From NCBI GenBank assembly GCA_963816145.1, contig CAWFJP010000002.1, positions 288,245 through 352,244 on the forward strand: a DNA stretch of 64,000 nucleotides, given 5' to 3'. The DNA is from an uncultured delta proteobacterium. Lineage in GTDB: Bacteria > Desulfobacterota > Binatia > UBA9968. A model generated the notes under the pieces. It worked only from the letters and a program-made list of their open reading frames with translations, did not search any database and had not been told where the DNA came from. The position numbers and the translations under genes are program-made. Below, piece by piece: positions 40,916 through 50,071 of this stretch; position 1 is the first letter of the stretch; each line of letters opens with the position of its first letter.

Positions 40916-43141
40916 ATGGCATCAACGAACCAAGTCGTCGGTAATCCAACCCCAAGAATCGAAGGCGAACTCAAGGTCAGCGGTCAGGCCAAGTATGCGG
41001 TGGACGTGACCTTGCCCGGTATGCTCTGGGGCAAATTGCTGCGCAGCCCGATCGCCTCGGGTAAAATCAAGCGTATCGATGCCAGCAAGGCGGAAAAACT
41101 CAAAGGCGTGCGTGCGATTGTCACGGGAGCGGATTGCTCGGGCCTAAAAATCGGCCGCAGACTCTATGACATGCCGATCATCGCCGACGGCGAAGTGCGC
41201 TTCATCGGTGAAAAGGTTGTGGCGGTGGCGGCGGACAGCGAGGACATTGCCGAAGAGGCGTTGAATCTGATCGAGGTCGAGTATGAAGAGACCGAACCCT
41301 TGCTCGATCCGGTCGAAGCGCTCAAGCCGGGGGCGAAACTCCTTCATCCCGATGTCATGAGTTACAAAGGGTTACCCAATCCGCTCAAGGAGCCGACCAA
41401 CGATTTTGTCTACGTCACTTGGGGCAAAGGCGATCCTGAGGCCGGATTTCGCCAGGCGGACGTGATCGTCGAAAACACTTTTACCACGCCGGTCGTGCAT
41501 CAGAGTTACATCGAGCCCCATTCCTGTGTCGTCAGCACTGCGGCCGACGGTTCGGCGGAATTCTGGTCGTGCAGCAAAGTGCCCTACGGCGTGCGCGAAC
41601 AAGTCGCCAACGCGCTCAAGCTGCCGCAAGAAAAACTCAACTTTAACCCCGTCTATATCGGGGGTGACTTCGGCGGCAAGGGCGATTTCATGGATCTTGC
41701 CGTGGTTTATCTCTTGTCCAAGAAAGCCGGACGGCCGGTCAAGATGGTAATGGACTACGAAGAGGAATTCACCGCGGGCAATCCGCGGCACGCGTCAATC
41801 ATCCACGTTAAAACCGGCGTAAAAAAAGACGGCACCCTGGTCGCACACCGCATGAGTTTTATTTTCGACAGCGGCGCCTACGGCGCATTTAAACCCAACG
41901 CCTTTCTCAACGGCCCGCACCTGTCCGCTGGGCCGTACAAGATTCCTCACGTATTTATCGAGGAACATATGGTCTACACCAACAAGATCCCCTGCGGCCA
42001 TATGCGCTCGCCTGGCGACCCCCAGGGATTCTTCGCTAATGAAAGTCAATTGGACATGATCGCTAAAAAGATTGGCATGGACCCGATCAAGTTGCGCCAG
42101 AAAAACCTCATGCACGACGGCGATATCGATCCGACCGGCGAGGAGTATAGTTACATCAAAACCGACGAGACGCTCAAGAAAGCGCTGGACGACTCGGGCT
42201 ATCAAAAACCCAAGCCGAAAAACGTTGGACGCGGTATCGCGCTGGTGCAGTGGACGCCCGCCGGCGGGACAGGCACGGTCGCGATCTCGATCGATGAGAA
42301 AAGCGTGGCGACGATTTCTTCCGCCATGGCCGATCAGGGCGCGGGCACTTACACCGTGCTCAGCGAAATCGTCGCCGAAGAGCTCAAGATCCCGTTGAGC
42401 CAAATCAAAACTCAGCAACTGGACACGCAGAATGGCGTAAAGGATACCGGGGTCGGCGGCAGCCGGGCGACACGCGTTTACGGCACGGCGGGTTATCAAG
42501 CGGCGATCAAGGCCGTCAATGCGATTAAACAAGCGGCCGCGAGTCAGATGGGCGTGCCGGCAGATCAGATCATCCTCGCCAAGGGCGCGGCGCTGCATCC
42601 GCGCATGGAGCGCCGCTTGACCTACGGCGAGATCGTCAAGGCGAACGGCGGGCCAATCGCGGTGGATGCCACGTTCAACGACAACAAGAAAATTCATGCC
42701 GCCTCCATGTGCGTTCAGGTGGCGGAGGTGGAAGTGGACCCCGAAACGGGTCGGGTGGAGCTCAAGAAATTCACTTCGACTCACAACACCGGCACCGTGC
42801 TCAATCCGCTCATGCACCAGGGCCAGATTGAAGGCGCCAGCATGACCGGCATCGGCTACACGCTGATGGAGGAAGTGATCATCAACGACGGTAAAGTCGC
42901 GACGACCCACTTCGGCGAGTACAAGATCCCCACCATCAAGGATGTTCCGGTATTCAAAGGCTCGGTTTCGGAAGCACCGCACGGAGCGGGCCCGTATGAC
43001 AGCATGCCGATCGGCGAGACCGGTAATATTCCGACGGCGGCCGCCATCGCCAATGCGGTGGAAGACGCCTGCGGTGTGCGCATCACCAGCCTGCCGATTA
43101 CAGCGGAGAAGATCTACCAAGCGCTGCACGGCGCCAAGTGA
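40916..43141 (+). CDS. Xanthine dehydrogenase family molybdopterin-binding (large) subunit
   Basis: LRSP, YIEPH, GGDFGGK, MRSPG.PQ, DQGAG, GGSR, EVEVDPETG, LNP...GQIEG, IGE; AGGAGG RBS. Confidence 0.92.
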   Translation: MASTNQVVGNPTPRIEGELKVSGQAKYAVDVTLPGMLWGKLLRSPIASGKIKRIDASKAEKLKGVRAIVTGADCSGLKIGRRLYDMPIIADGEVRFIGEKVVAVAADSEDIAEEALNLIEVEYEETEPLLDPVEALKPGAKLLHPDVMSYKGLPNPLKEPTNDFVYVTWGKGDPEAGFRQADVIVENTFTTPVVHQSYIEPHSCVVSTAADGSAEFWSCSKVPYGVREQVANALKLPQEKLNFNPVYIGGDFGGKGDFMDLAVVYLLSKKAGRPVKMVMDYEEEFTAGNPRHASIIHVKTGVKKDGTLVAHRMSFIFDSGAYGAFKPNAFLNGPHLSAGPYKIPHVFIEEHMVYTNKIPCGHMRSPGDPQGFFANESQLDMIAKKIGMDPIKLRQKNLMHDGDIDPTGEEYSYIKTDETLKKALDDSGYQKPKPKNVGRGIALVQWTPAGGTGTVAISIDEKSVATISSAMADQGAGTYTVLSEIVAEELKIPLSQIKTQQLDTQNGVKDTGVGGSRATRVYGTAGYQAAIKAVNAIKQAAASQMGVPADQIILAKGAALHPRMERRLTYGEIVKANGGPIAVDATFNDNKKIHAASMCVQVAEVEVDPETGRVELKKFTSTHNTGTVLNPLMHQGQIEGASMTGIGYTLMEEVIINDGKVATTHFGEYKIPTIKDVPVFKGSVSEAPHGAGPYDSMPIGETGNIPTAAAIANAVEDACGVRITSLPITAEKIYQALHGAK

Positions 43142-43144
43142 TGC

Positions 43145-43693
43145 ATGGCGTCATTTCCGGGAACCATCGATCTCGGAAAGTTTCGGGTCGTTTATGAAGA
43201 AGAGCGGGAGCGGCCGTCCGATGGAACGGACGGCTACCTCCTGCAGCAGCGCGCCGTCATTCGCCTCAACGAAGAGCTGGTCAAACTCGAACAGCGCGAC
43301 GACTACACGGTCTACTGCGACGACGAGAATTTCAAGAAACAGCACGGCAAGCGGCCGTCGCCGCTGCAATATTTCATCGCCTCGATCGGTTTCTGCATGT
43401 TCAGCCAGTTCAAGCGGCTAGCCGCCAAAGCGGAAGTCGCCGTCGACGACCTCGAAATGGAGCTGCGCATGACCTACGACTTGAGCGGTAAGTTTCCCAT
43501 CAAAGATTTTTCCGATGCCGCCCAAGGAATCGCCTACGTTTTCAAAATCAAAAGCGCCGCGCCGCTAGAAAAAGTGCTGCCCGTGGTCCAGGCCGCCGAC
43601 AAAGGCTGCCATACGGTGAATTCGATGCGTAAACGCGTGCCGGTGTCGGGGAGATTCGTTCTCAACGAATGCATCTATGATTTAACCGATTGA
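43145..43693 (+). CDS. OsmC/Ohr family protein
   Basis: DD....G..PSPLQYFIASIGFC and a second Cys in KGCHTVNS. Confidence 0.75.
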   Translation: MASFPGTIDLGKFRVVYEEERERPSDGTDGYLLQQRAVIRLNEELVKLEQRDDYTVYCDDENFKKQHGKRPSPLQYFIASIGFCMFSQFKRLAAKAEVAVDDLEMELRMTYDLSGKFPIKDFSDAAQGIAYVFKIKSAAPLEKVLPVVQAADKGCHTVNSMRKRVPVSGRFVLNECIYDLTD

Positions 43694-43789
43694 TCGATTG
43701 GCGAGTTTTGTGTCGGGACAAGGCGCGCCTTGCCGTTGTGCGCGTTACGGAATAAATCTTCGTAGACTGAACCAAAGGAATACCCATCC

Positions 43790-44341
43790 ATGGCAAAACT
43801 GACGGTGGGCGACCAATTTCCCCCGGCAAAACTAAACGACATCGACGGTCTTGCCGTCAACTTCCCCGCCGTATTCAAAAACGCCCCAGCGACGGTGGTG
43901 TTTTTCTACCGCGGCCGCTGGTGACCCTGGTGCCGGGCCCAGGTGACGGCCTTTGTTTACGAATGGGAGCGGTACCTAGAAGGAAACGTACAGATCCTCG
44001 GCATCAGCGTCGAGCCACCGGAGGAGGGCAAGAAACTTAAAGAGCGCGTGACGCGCGACTGCCAGGAAGACCGTCCGCATATTTCGCTCGATCCCTACCC
44101 GGTGCGTTTGCTCAGCGATCCCGATGCGACGTTGATCCGCGCGTGCGGCACGGAAAACGAAGGCCACTGGGCCGGAACGATCGCTGCGCCGGTGACCTAT
44201 GTCGTCGGTCCCAGCGGTCTGGTGAAATGGGCCTACGTCAGCGATAGCGCCGCCGACCGGCCGAGTCCGGTGGCATTGGCCAAAGCGGCGTGCGCAGTGG
44301 CGGCGGGTCACGCGCCACCCGCAACCTATCCGGGGAAATAG
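43790..44341 (+). CDS. Selenocysteine-containing peroxiredoxin-like (AhpC/TSA/redoxin) protein, UxxC
   Basis: MAKLTVGDQFPPAKLNDIDG...VVFFYRGRW-TGA(43922-43924)-PWCRAQ continues in frame into ORF 43943-44341 (ILGISV, LLSDPD, PVTYVV); AAGGA RBS. Confidence 0.85.
43935..43952 (+). promoter_or_regulatory. Candidate bacterial SECIS element
   Basis: GGGCC-CAGGTGAC-GGCCT hairpin starting 10 nt after the in-frame TGA, GT-containing loop. Confidence 0.55.
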
Positions 44342-44699
44342 TTAACGCCCACGATATATGAGTGAAGCCGGATCCGTGAGCCGGTCGATGACGTTTCAGA
44401 ATCACGCGCAGGTTTAAATGAGCTGTAGGAACTGCACGATTCTAATCGCGCCTAAGCGAGAGTTCTAGCGGCAATCTAGAGAATTTACTGTGAGGGTGGC
44501 GGGAATAAACGATTCTGCTTCTTGCGCAACGTCCTAAATTTCAAGCGCTCTTGTTTATGCAAGCAGCGTGCGCTCTTGTCGCTCGAATGTTGCAGCGACC
44601 GCTAAGAGGCCATCCATTCGGACACTGTTAGGGCCTTGTCACCCCTAACTTTCTCACATAAGATCGCGCCTGAATTTGTCTTGAGGAGTAAATGACCCG

Positions 44700-45152
44700 A
44701 TGATTCTCGACGGCACCATCGATCTTAACGCCCCGGTGGAAAAGGCCTGGGACTTTTTGATCGATATCAACAAATTTTCCACCTGCTTACCGGGTATCGA
44801 CTCGGTGACGCAGATCGACGACAAGACCTTCGACGGGATCATTTCGGCGACGGTTGGGCCGATTTCCGGCAAGTTCAACTTTCGCTCGACGATCGTCGAG
44901 AGCATGCCGCCGGCGCAGATGGTGGTCAAGACCGAAGGCCAGGATACGGTGACCAAGAGCACGGTCAACGCCGACATGACGGTCGATCTGCGGCGGGTTT
45001 CCGACACTTCGTCGCAGATGGACTACAAGGCCGATGTGAAAATCAAAGGCCGGCTGGGCATACTCGGCGATATGGTGTTGCGGGCGACGGCGACTTTGAT
45101 TCTGCAAGAGTTCACCAAGAGACTGCATCAAGGGCTTGGCGCGCAGAGTTAA
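44700..45152 (+). CDS. CoxG/SRPBCC family protein
   Basis: APVEKAWDFL.D.....CLPG, VGPI, GRLG.LG. Confidence 0.82.
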   Translation: MILDGTIDLNAPVEKAWDFLIDINKFSTCLPGIDSVTQIDDKTFDGIISATVGPISGKFNFRSTIVESMPPAQMVVKTEGQDTVTKSTVNADMTVDLRRVSDTSSQMDYKADVKIKGRLGILGDMVLRATATLILQEFTKRLHQGLGAQS

Positions 45153-45173
45153 TTTTAGTAAGGGATGGGGGAT

Positions 45174-45240
45174 AGATCTCGCACTGCGTTCGAGATGACA
45201 ATCTAGCGACCCTGTCATTTCGAGCATAGCGAGAAATCTC
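45174..45240. repeat. Palindromic repeat family C
   Basis: AGATCTCGCACTGCGTTCGAGATGAC...GTCATTTCGAGCATAGCGAGAAATCT. Confidence 0.65.
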
Positions 45241-45287
45241 ATCGGGTCAGCAACGACAGACTGCGACAAAGCAACGAGGAGTTTTTC

Positions 45288-46799
45288 ATGGCGGATAAGT
45301 ATGACGTAATCATAGTCGGCGGCGGTTCGGCCGGCTGCGTGGCAGCGACCCGGCTGTCGGAAGATCCCAATCGAAAAGTGTTGCTGCTCGAAGCGGGTCC
45401 TGATCCTTGGCCGCTGCCGGAGTTGGTTGCTGAGTCGAAGAACCAAACGCGCTTGTTGTTGGAGTCCGATTATGTCTCGATGTTCGGCACCCAGCGCCAC
45501 TTAGACGGCAGCACGTACTATGCGCTCGCCGGCCGTATCATGGGCGGCGGGTCGTCGGTTAACGTCATGTCGGTGCTGCGGCCGCAGCGCTACGATTTGG
45601 ATCAATGGGTGGCGGCGGGCAATCCGGATTGGACCTACGAGCGCTGTCTGCCGTTCATGAAGAAGATCGAGGCGGATCAAGATTTTCCCAACGACCCGAT
45701 TCACGGCAAAGACGGGCCGCTCTACGTCAAGCGCCAGTACACGCTCGACATGCCGATGTCGCCGCCGGCGCGGGCCTTCATCGACGCTGCCTACGCCATG
45801 GGATTGCCGAAGTGCCCGGACTTGAACGTCCCCGAGCCCTACGGTGTGTGCGCGTCGCCGTACAACATCAAAGACGGCAAGCGGCAGTCGACGGTGGTGG
45901 CGTATTTGAATAGCGCCCGTGAGCGGAAGAACCTGACGATCATCGACCAAGCCACCGTGCATACGCTGAAGCTCAACGGCAAAAAATGCGAAGGCGTCAA
46001 TTATGAGTGCGACGGCCAAATGCACAGCGCGCTCGGCGGACAGATCCTGCTGACCTCCGGAGTTTACGGATCACCGCAGATTCTCATGCTCACCGGCATC
46101 GGCGAGACGGAGCAGCTCAAGAAACATAACATTCCACTGGTGCACGAGCTGAAGGGTGTCGGCGAGAATTATCAAGATCATCCGGTGGTCTTTATGACCT
46201 TTGAGGGGCCCAAGGAATCGAAGGAAGACTGGGTGGTGCCGCGCTTCCGTTTGATCATCCGTAAGAACCCGATCAGCGAAGCGGCTAATTTCCACATCAA
46301 TATGCGGCCGCCGACGGAAGTGACCGGCTTGAAGCGGATGATGCCGATCTCGGCGCATTTGCTTGAACAGCGCAATCGCGGCCGGGTGTTTTTACAAAGC
46401 GGCGATCCGCATGATCAGGTCGGCATCGACTCCTGCATGCTCGAACATCCCGAGGATTTGAAAGCGATGGTCGAGGCGATGCAGTTCATTGACGAGTTGG
46501 TGCACCGGCCGGAAGTGAAAGAATACTATGGCCCGCTGATCCAGCCGGGGCCGGGTGAAGACTGGGGCGAATTCGCGCGCAAGACCTACGATAGCTACCA
46601 CCACGGCGTCGGCACATGTAAGATGGGGCCGGCGAGCGATCCGATGGCGGTGGTCGATCAGCGTCTGCGCGTGCACGGCATTCAAAACCTCTGGGTTGGC
46701 GATGCGTCGATCATGCCGGTGGTGAGCCGGGCGAATACCAATCTCACTTCGATCATGATCGGCGAGCGCTTAGCGGATTTTGTCCAGGAGGTCGCTTAG
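45288..46799 (+). CDS. GMC family FAD oxidoreductase (choline dehydrogenase-like)
   Basis: VGGGSAG, GGGSSVN, GENYQDHP, YHHGVGTCKMG, DASIMP...ANTN. Confidence 0.92.
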   Translation: MADKYDVIIVGGGSAGCVAATRLSEDPNRKVLLLEAGPDPWPLPELVAESKNQTRLLLESDYVSMFGTQRHLDGSTYYALAGRIMGGGSSVNVMSVLRPQRYDLDQWVAAGNPDWTYERCLPFMKKIEADQDFPNDPIHGKDGPLYVKRQYTLDMPMSPPARAFIDAAYAMGLPKCPDLNVPEPYGVCASPYNIKDGKRQSTVVAYLNSARERKNLTIIDQATVHTLKLNGKKCEGVNYECDGQMHSALGGQILLTSGVYGSPQILMLTGIGETEQLKKHNIPLVHELKGVGENYQDHPVVFMTFEGPKESKEDWVVPRFRLIIRKNPISEAANFHINMRPPTEVTGLKRMMPISAHLLEQRNRGRVFLQSGDPHDQVGIDSCMLEHPEDLKAMVEAMQFIDELVHRPEVKEYYGPLIQPGPGEDWGEFARKTYDSYHHGVGTCKMGPASDPMAVVDQRLRVHGIQNLWVGDASIMPVVSRANTNLTSIMIGERLADFVQEVA

Positions 46800-46807
46800 C
46801 GACCTCG

Positions 46808-46937
46808 GTTCAAGAGTTCAAGGTTCAAAGGTTCAAGGTTTTCGGATAAGAATTGGAAGTTGCGGAACCTAGAGCTTGGATTGGTACTCTGGCAGCGGGG
46901 CTTTGAGGTTGAACTTTTGAATCCTTGAACCTTGAAC
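46808..46937. repeat. Inverted GTTCAAG/CTTGAAC tandem-repeat element
   Basis: Four GTTCAA(G) units on the left, TTGAAC/TTGAAT units on the right. Confidence 0.75.
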
Positions 46938-46960
46938 GATTCTAATTTGAGGAGGTTCTC

Positions 46961-47470
46961 ATGTCCGACTATCCATTGACCGCTGCGGCGATCAAGAATG
47001 AATTCAAACGCGCCGGCATCCAGTTCGTTGTCGCGCTGCCGGATCGCGTGACGAGTCATCATTTGCTCAAAGGCCTGATCGCCGATCCCGATTACAAAGT
47101 CGTCCAGGTCTGTAAAGAAGACGAGGGCGTGTCAATTTGCAGCGGTCTGTACGCCGCCGGCCATAAGTCGGTGTTGATGATGCAGTACACCGGCTTCCTC
47201 GATTCCATCAACTCGATCCGCGGTATCGCCGTCGAAGGCAAATTCCCCGTCTGCATCGTCGTTGGCTTGCTCGGCAAGGAGCCCGATGTCGCGCCGTCCA
47301 AGTCGAAGAAGTATGGCGTCAAGATCATCGAACCGATCTGCGAGGTCATGGGCCTTGAGCATTGTCTTGTCGAACGGGACGCCGATACGCCAAAAATATT
47401 TTCCGCCATCGAAAAATCGTTCGCCAACTCGTCGCCGAGCGTAATTATGATCGGAAGGGAGCCGCGCTAA
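46961..47470 (+). CDS. TPP decarboxylase N-terminal subunit (sulfopyruvate/phosphonopyruvate decarboxylase alpha-like)
   Basis: LPD, KEDEGVSICSG, MQYTG...SIN. Confidence 0.78.
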   Translation: MSDYPLTAAAIKNEFKRAGIQFVVALPDRVTSHHLLKGLIADPDYKVVQVCKEDEGVSICSGLYAAGHKSVLMMQYTGFLDSINSIRGIAVEGKFPVCIVVGLLGKEPDVAPSKSKKYGVKIIEPICEVMGLEHCLVERDADTPKIFSAIEKSFANSSPSVIMIGREPR

Positions 47471-47471
47471 C

Positions 47472-48038
47472 ATGATGAAGCGAGATGAGATGCTGAAAGC
47501 CTTTGCGCGCCAGCGCAAAGATGAAATCGTTGTAGCGGTGTACATGGCGGCCCAGGAGATCACGCATATCTCGCCGAGCGAACTCAACTACACCTTCATC
47601 GGCGCCATGGGACAGGGGTCGTCTCATGCGCTGGGCTTGGCGCTGGGCCGGCCGGACAAGAAAGTCGTCGTGTTCGACGGCGACGGCAGCTTGTTGATGA
47701 ATCTGGGTTCGCTGGTGACCATCGGCAATCAAGCGCCGAAGAATTATATTCATTGCTTATGCGAAAACGGCTGCTACGAAACCAACGGTTCGGTGCTGAC
47801 GCCCAACTCGGGAAACATCCGCTTTGCCGAGTTCGCCAAGACCGCCGGCTACAAGAAAACTTACGAGATCGCCGACCTCGCCGAGTGGGAACAGAAGCTG
47901 CCGGAAATTCTCAAGGCTGAGGGGCCGGTCTTCGTTACGCTGAAAGTCGAGCCGGGCGAAGCCTACCCCGAGAACTTCCCGCGCCTCTACAGCACCGAAC
48001 ACCGGGAAAAGTTTCGCCAGACGCTGGCCAAGAGTTGA
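47472..48038 (+). CDS. TPP-binding subunit (sulfopyruvate/phosphonopyruvate decarboxylase beta-like)
   Basis: GAMG, DGDGSLLMNLGSL...ENGCYE. Confidence 0.82.
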   Translation: MMKRDEMLKAFARQRKDEIVVAVYMAAQEITHISPSELNYTFIGAMGQGSSHALGLALGRPDKKVVVFDGDGSLLMNLGSLVTIGNQAPKNYIHCLCENGCYETNGSVLTPNSGNIRFAEFAKTAGYKKTYEIADLAEWEQKLPEILKAEGPVFVTLKVEPGEAYPENFPRLYSTEHREKFRQTLAKS

Positions 48039-48099
48039 TGTCTTAAGGTCATTCGCGGTAAGGGTTGAAATCCCTTGTCTTCAGGCGAAGCGAAGATAT

Positions 48100-48207
48100 G
48101 TCATGCCGGCGACAGCCGGCATCCATGTTCGCATGCGCTGCAGGGCCGAAGAAAACCTGGATTCCGGCCCCGGATCACGTCCGGGGCAGGCTCTACGCCG
48201 GAATGAC
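48100..48207. repeat. Palindromic repeat family A with a nested hairpin
   Basis: GTCATGCCGGCGACAGCCGGCATCCA...TGGATTCCGG[CCCCGGATCACGTCCGGGGCAGGCT]CTACGCCGGAATGAC. Confidence 0.75.
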
Positions 48208-48260
48208 AAATTATAGTCAGGACTTTAGCCTACCCGTCGCCGCCGCGTGATTGCTCATCT

Positions 48261-49136
48261 ATGACGTCGGAAGCGACGGCGCAAATTCTCGCGCTCATCA
48301 CCTCGGTCTTCTACGCTGCGGCGCTGGTGTCGGCGCGGGCGGGCATGCGCTACTCGACACCGACAACGGTGACCCTGGTCTCGATCCTGATGCAAAATTT
48401 GCTGCTGTGGACGGCGGTGTTCGTCACCGGCGGCGTTCATGCGGTGCCGCTGACGGGCATCTTGTTATTTACCCTGGTCGGGGTTTTTCAGTTGGGCGTG
48501 CGCCTGTTCGCCTACACCGGGGTCGAGAAGATCGGCGCTTCGCGCAGCAGCGCGCTGCAGTCGGTCAGTCCACTGTTCAGCGCAACCATCGCGATCTTGG
48601 TCCTCGGCGAGCAGACTTCGACGCTGATCGTTCTCGGCACCTTACTCGTGGTATTGGGTATCATTCTGGTGTCGTGGAAACCCGAGCGTGAGATCGCTAG
48701 TTTCCGTCGCTGGCATCTGCTGCTGCCCATCGGCGCGGCGTTTCTCACCGGCATGAACCACCCGATTCGCCGCTATGTTTTGACCATGGCCAACGAGCCG
48801 TTGTTTTTCTCCGCGCTTATGGGCTTGGTGTCGTTCGCTGGATTCTTAATTTATTTGGCAGTGTCGCCGCGCTCGCAGCGGCTGGTGTGGAATCGCCAGG
48901 CGCTAAGGCCGTTTCTCACCACCGGATTGTCCGAAACTTTTTCGATCTTATGCATCATTACCGCCATCAGTCTGGGCCGGGTCGTGATCGTCGCGCCGAT
49001 CGCCGCGAGTTATCCGGTCTGGTCGCTGGTATTCGCGGCGCTGTTTTTGCGCGATGTCGAAGCGGTCAATTGGAAGGTGATCGTCGGCATTATCAGCGTG
49101 GTGGCGGGGAACTTTGCGATTCATTTGGGCCGATGA
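48261..49136 (+). CDS. EamA/DMT family transporter
   Basis: About 10 TMs in two repeats, IGASR....Q...PLF...A...LGE. Confidence 0.85.
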   Translation: MTSEATAQILALITSVFYAAALVSARAGMRYSTPTTVTLVSILMQNLLLWTAVFVTGGVHAVPLTGILLFTLVGVFQLGVRLFAYTGVEKIGASRSSALQSVSPLFSATIAILVLGEQTSTLIVLGTLLVVLGIILVSWKPEREIASFRRWHLLLPIGAAFLTGMNHPIRRYVLTMANEPLFFSALMGLVSFAGFLIYLAVSPRSQRLVWNRQALRPFLTTGLSETFSILCIITAISLGRVVIVAPIAASYPVWSLVFAALFLRDVEAVNWKVIVGIISVVAGNFAIHLGR

Positions 49137-49158
49137 TCGACTATGAGAAGAACGGAGC

Positions 49159-49237
49159 TCACCACGAAGAGCGCGAAGGACACGAAGGTTTGGGATAATT
49201 GTTCTGAGCTTCGCGCTCTTCGCGTCCTTCGTGGTAA
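49159..49237. repeat. Palindromic repeat family B
   Basis: ACCACGAAGAGCGCGAAGGACACGAAG...CTTCGCGCTCTTCGCGTCCTTCGTGGT. Confidence 0.8.
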
Positions 49238-49308
49238 ATTTATTTCTGGCAACTCGGACTTGTGACACATTCGTGGCTCGAATAGGATCGCTTGTGGGAG
49301 ACGCTAAC

Positions 49309-49935
49309 ATGAAACTTTACGATATCTCTTTGACCCTTTCGCCGGAGTCGATTCGTTGGGTGACGGCACAGCCGCTGGAGTTGATCGGGCGCAAGCGCAT
49401 GAGCAAGGGCGACACCAACAACTCGTCATCGATTCACACCAGCGTCCATGCCGGCACTCACGTCGACGCGCCGTTCCACTTTTTGCCGGATGGGATCACC
49501 ATTGAGGCTTTGCCCTTGGAGACTTTTATCGGCCCGGCGCGGGTGTGCGCCGCCGAACCCGGCACGCATATTACCGCCGCCGATGTCGCCAAGGCAAATC
49601 TCCAGGGCGAAGCCCGAGTGCTGTTCAAGACACGCAACTCGCAGCTCCTGAAGAAGGGGGTCTACGATGCCAGCTTTGCGCCTTTCTCCGTTGACGGCGC
49701 CAAGGCTCTGGTCGACCTCGGGGTAAAATTGGTCGGGCTCGATTACCTGTCCGCCGCCGGAGCAAGCGAACAGGTGCCGGTGCATCGCGCGTTCCTCGAT
49801 CATGGCGTGATCTTGCTCGAAGGTGTCGACCTGTCCGAAGTGCCGCCGGGGCGCTACGAACTCTTCTGCCCGCCGGTGAAACTCGCCGGCTCCGATGGCG
49901 CGCCATGCCGGGCGGTGCTGCGGGAGCTGGCGTGA
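49309..49935 (+). CDS. Cyclase family metal-dependent hydrolase (kynurenine formamidase-like)
   Basis: HAGTHVDAPFHF, VGLDYLS, H...L...LEG, DGAPCRAV. Confidence 0.9.
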   Translation: MKLYDISLTLSPESIRWVTAQPLELIGRKRMSKGDTNNSSSIHTSVHAGTHVDAPFHFLPDGITIEALPLETFIGPARVCAAEPGTHITAADVAKANLQGEARVLFKTRNSQLLKKGVYDASFAPFSVDGAKALVDLGVKLVGLDYLSAAGASEQVPVHRAFLDHGVILLEGVDLSEVPPGRYELFCPPVKLAGSDGAPCRAVLRELA

Positions 49936-49955
49936 ATGTCGCACATCGGATCTAT

Positions 49956-50037
49956 TCACCACGAAGGACACGAAGTGCACGAAGGTCGGAGTTATAATTA
50001 TCCGAACCCTTCGTGTCCTTCGTGCTCTTCGTGGTGA
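49956..50037. repeat. Palindromic repeat family B
   Basis: TCACCACGAAGGACACGAAGTGCACGAAG...CTTCGTGTCCTTCGTGCTCTTCGTGGTGA. Confidence 0.8.
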
Positions 50038-50071
50038 GATCGACTTTTCCCTCAAGCTAGAAAAATAGGAC

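Noticed and set aside
44556-44573. Minus-strand GCGCACGCTGCTTGCA, and TGGCACGAGGTTTCC near 54190, as sigma54 promoters
   Set aside because: Each lacks one invariant dinucleotide (GG at -24 or GC at -12).
44692-44703. ATG-ACC-CGA-TGA mini-ORF overlapping the CoxG start
   Set aside because: The SD is only 3 nt from this ATG; it could be chance or an indel artefact.
40916-45152. Aerobic CO dehydrogenase (coxL plus coxG)
   Set aside because: The active-site loop is not the AYRCSFR type, and coxM/coxS are absent from the window.
49159-50037. Family B repeats as a CRISPR array or as IS ends flanking the cyclase gene
   Set aside because: No regular repeat-spacer periodicity, no cas or transposase gene, and each copy is a self-contained palindrome.
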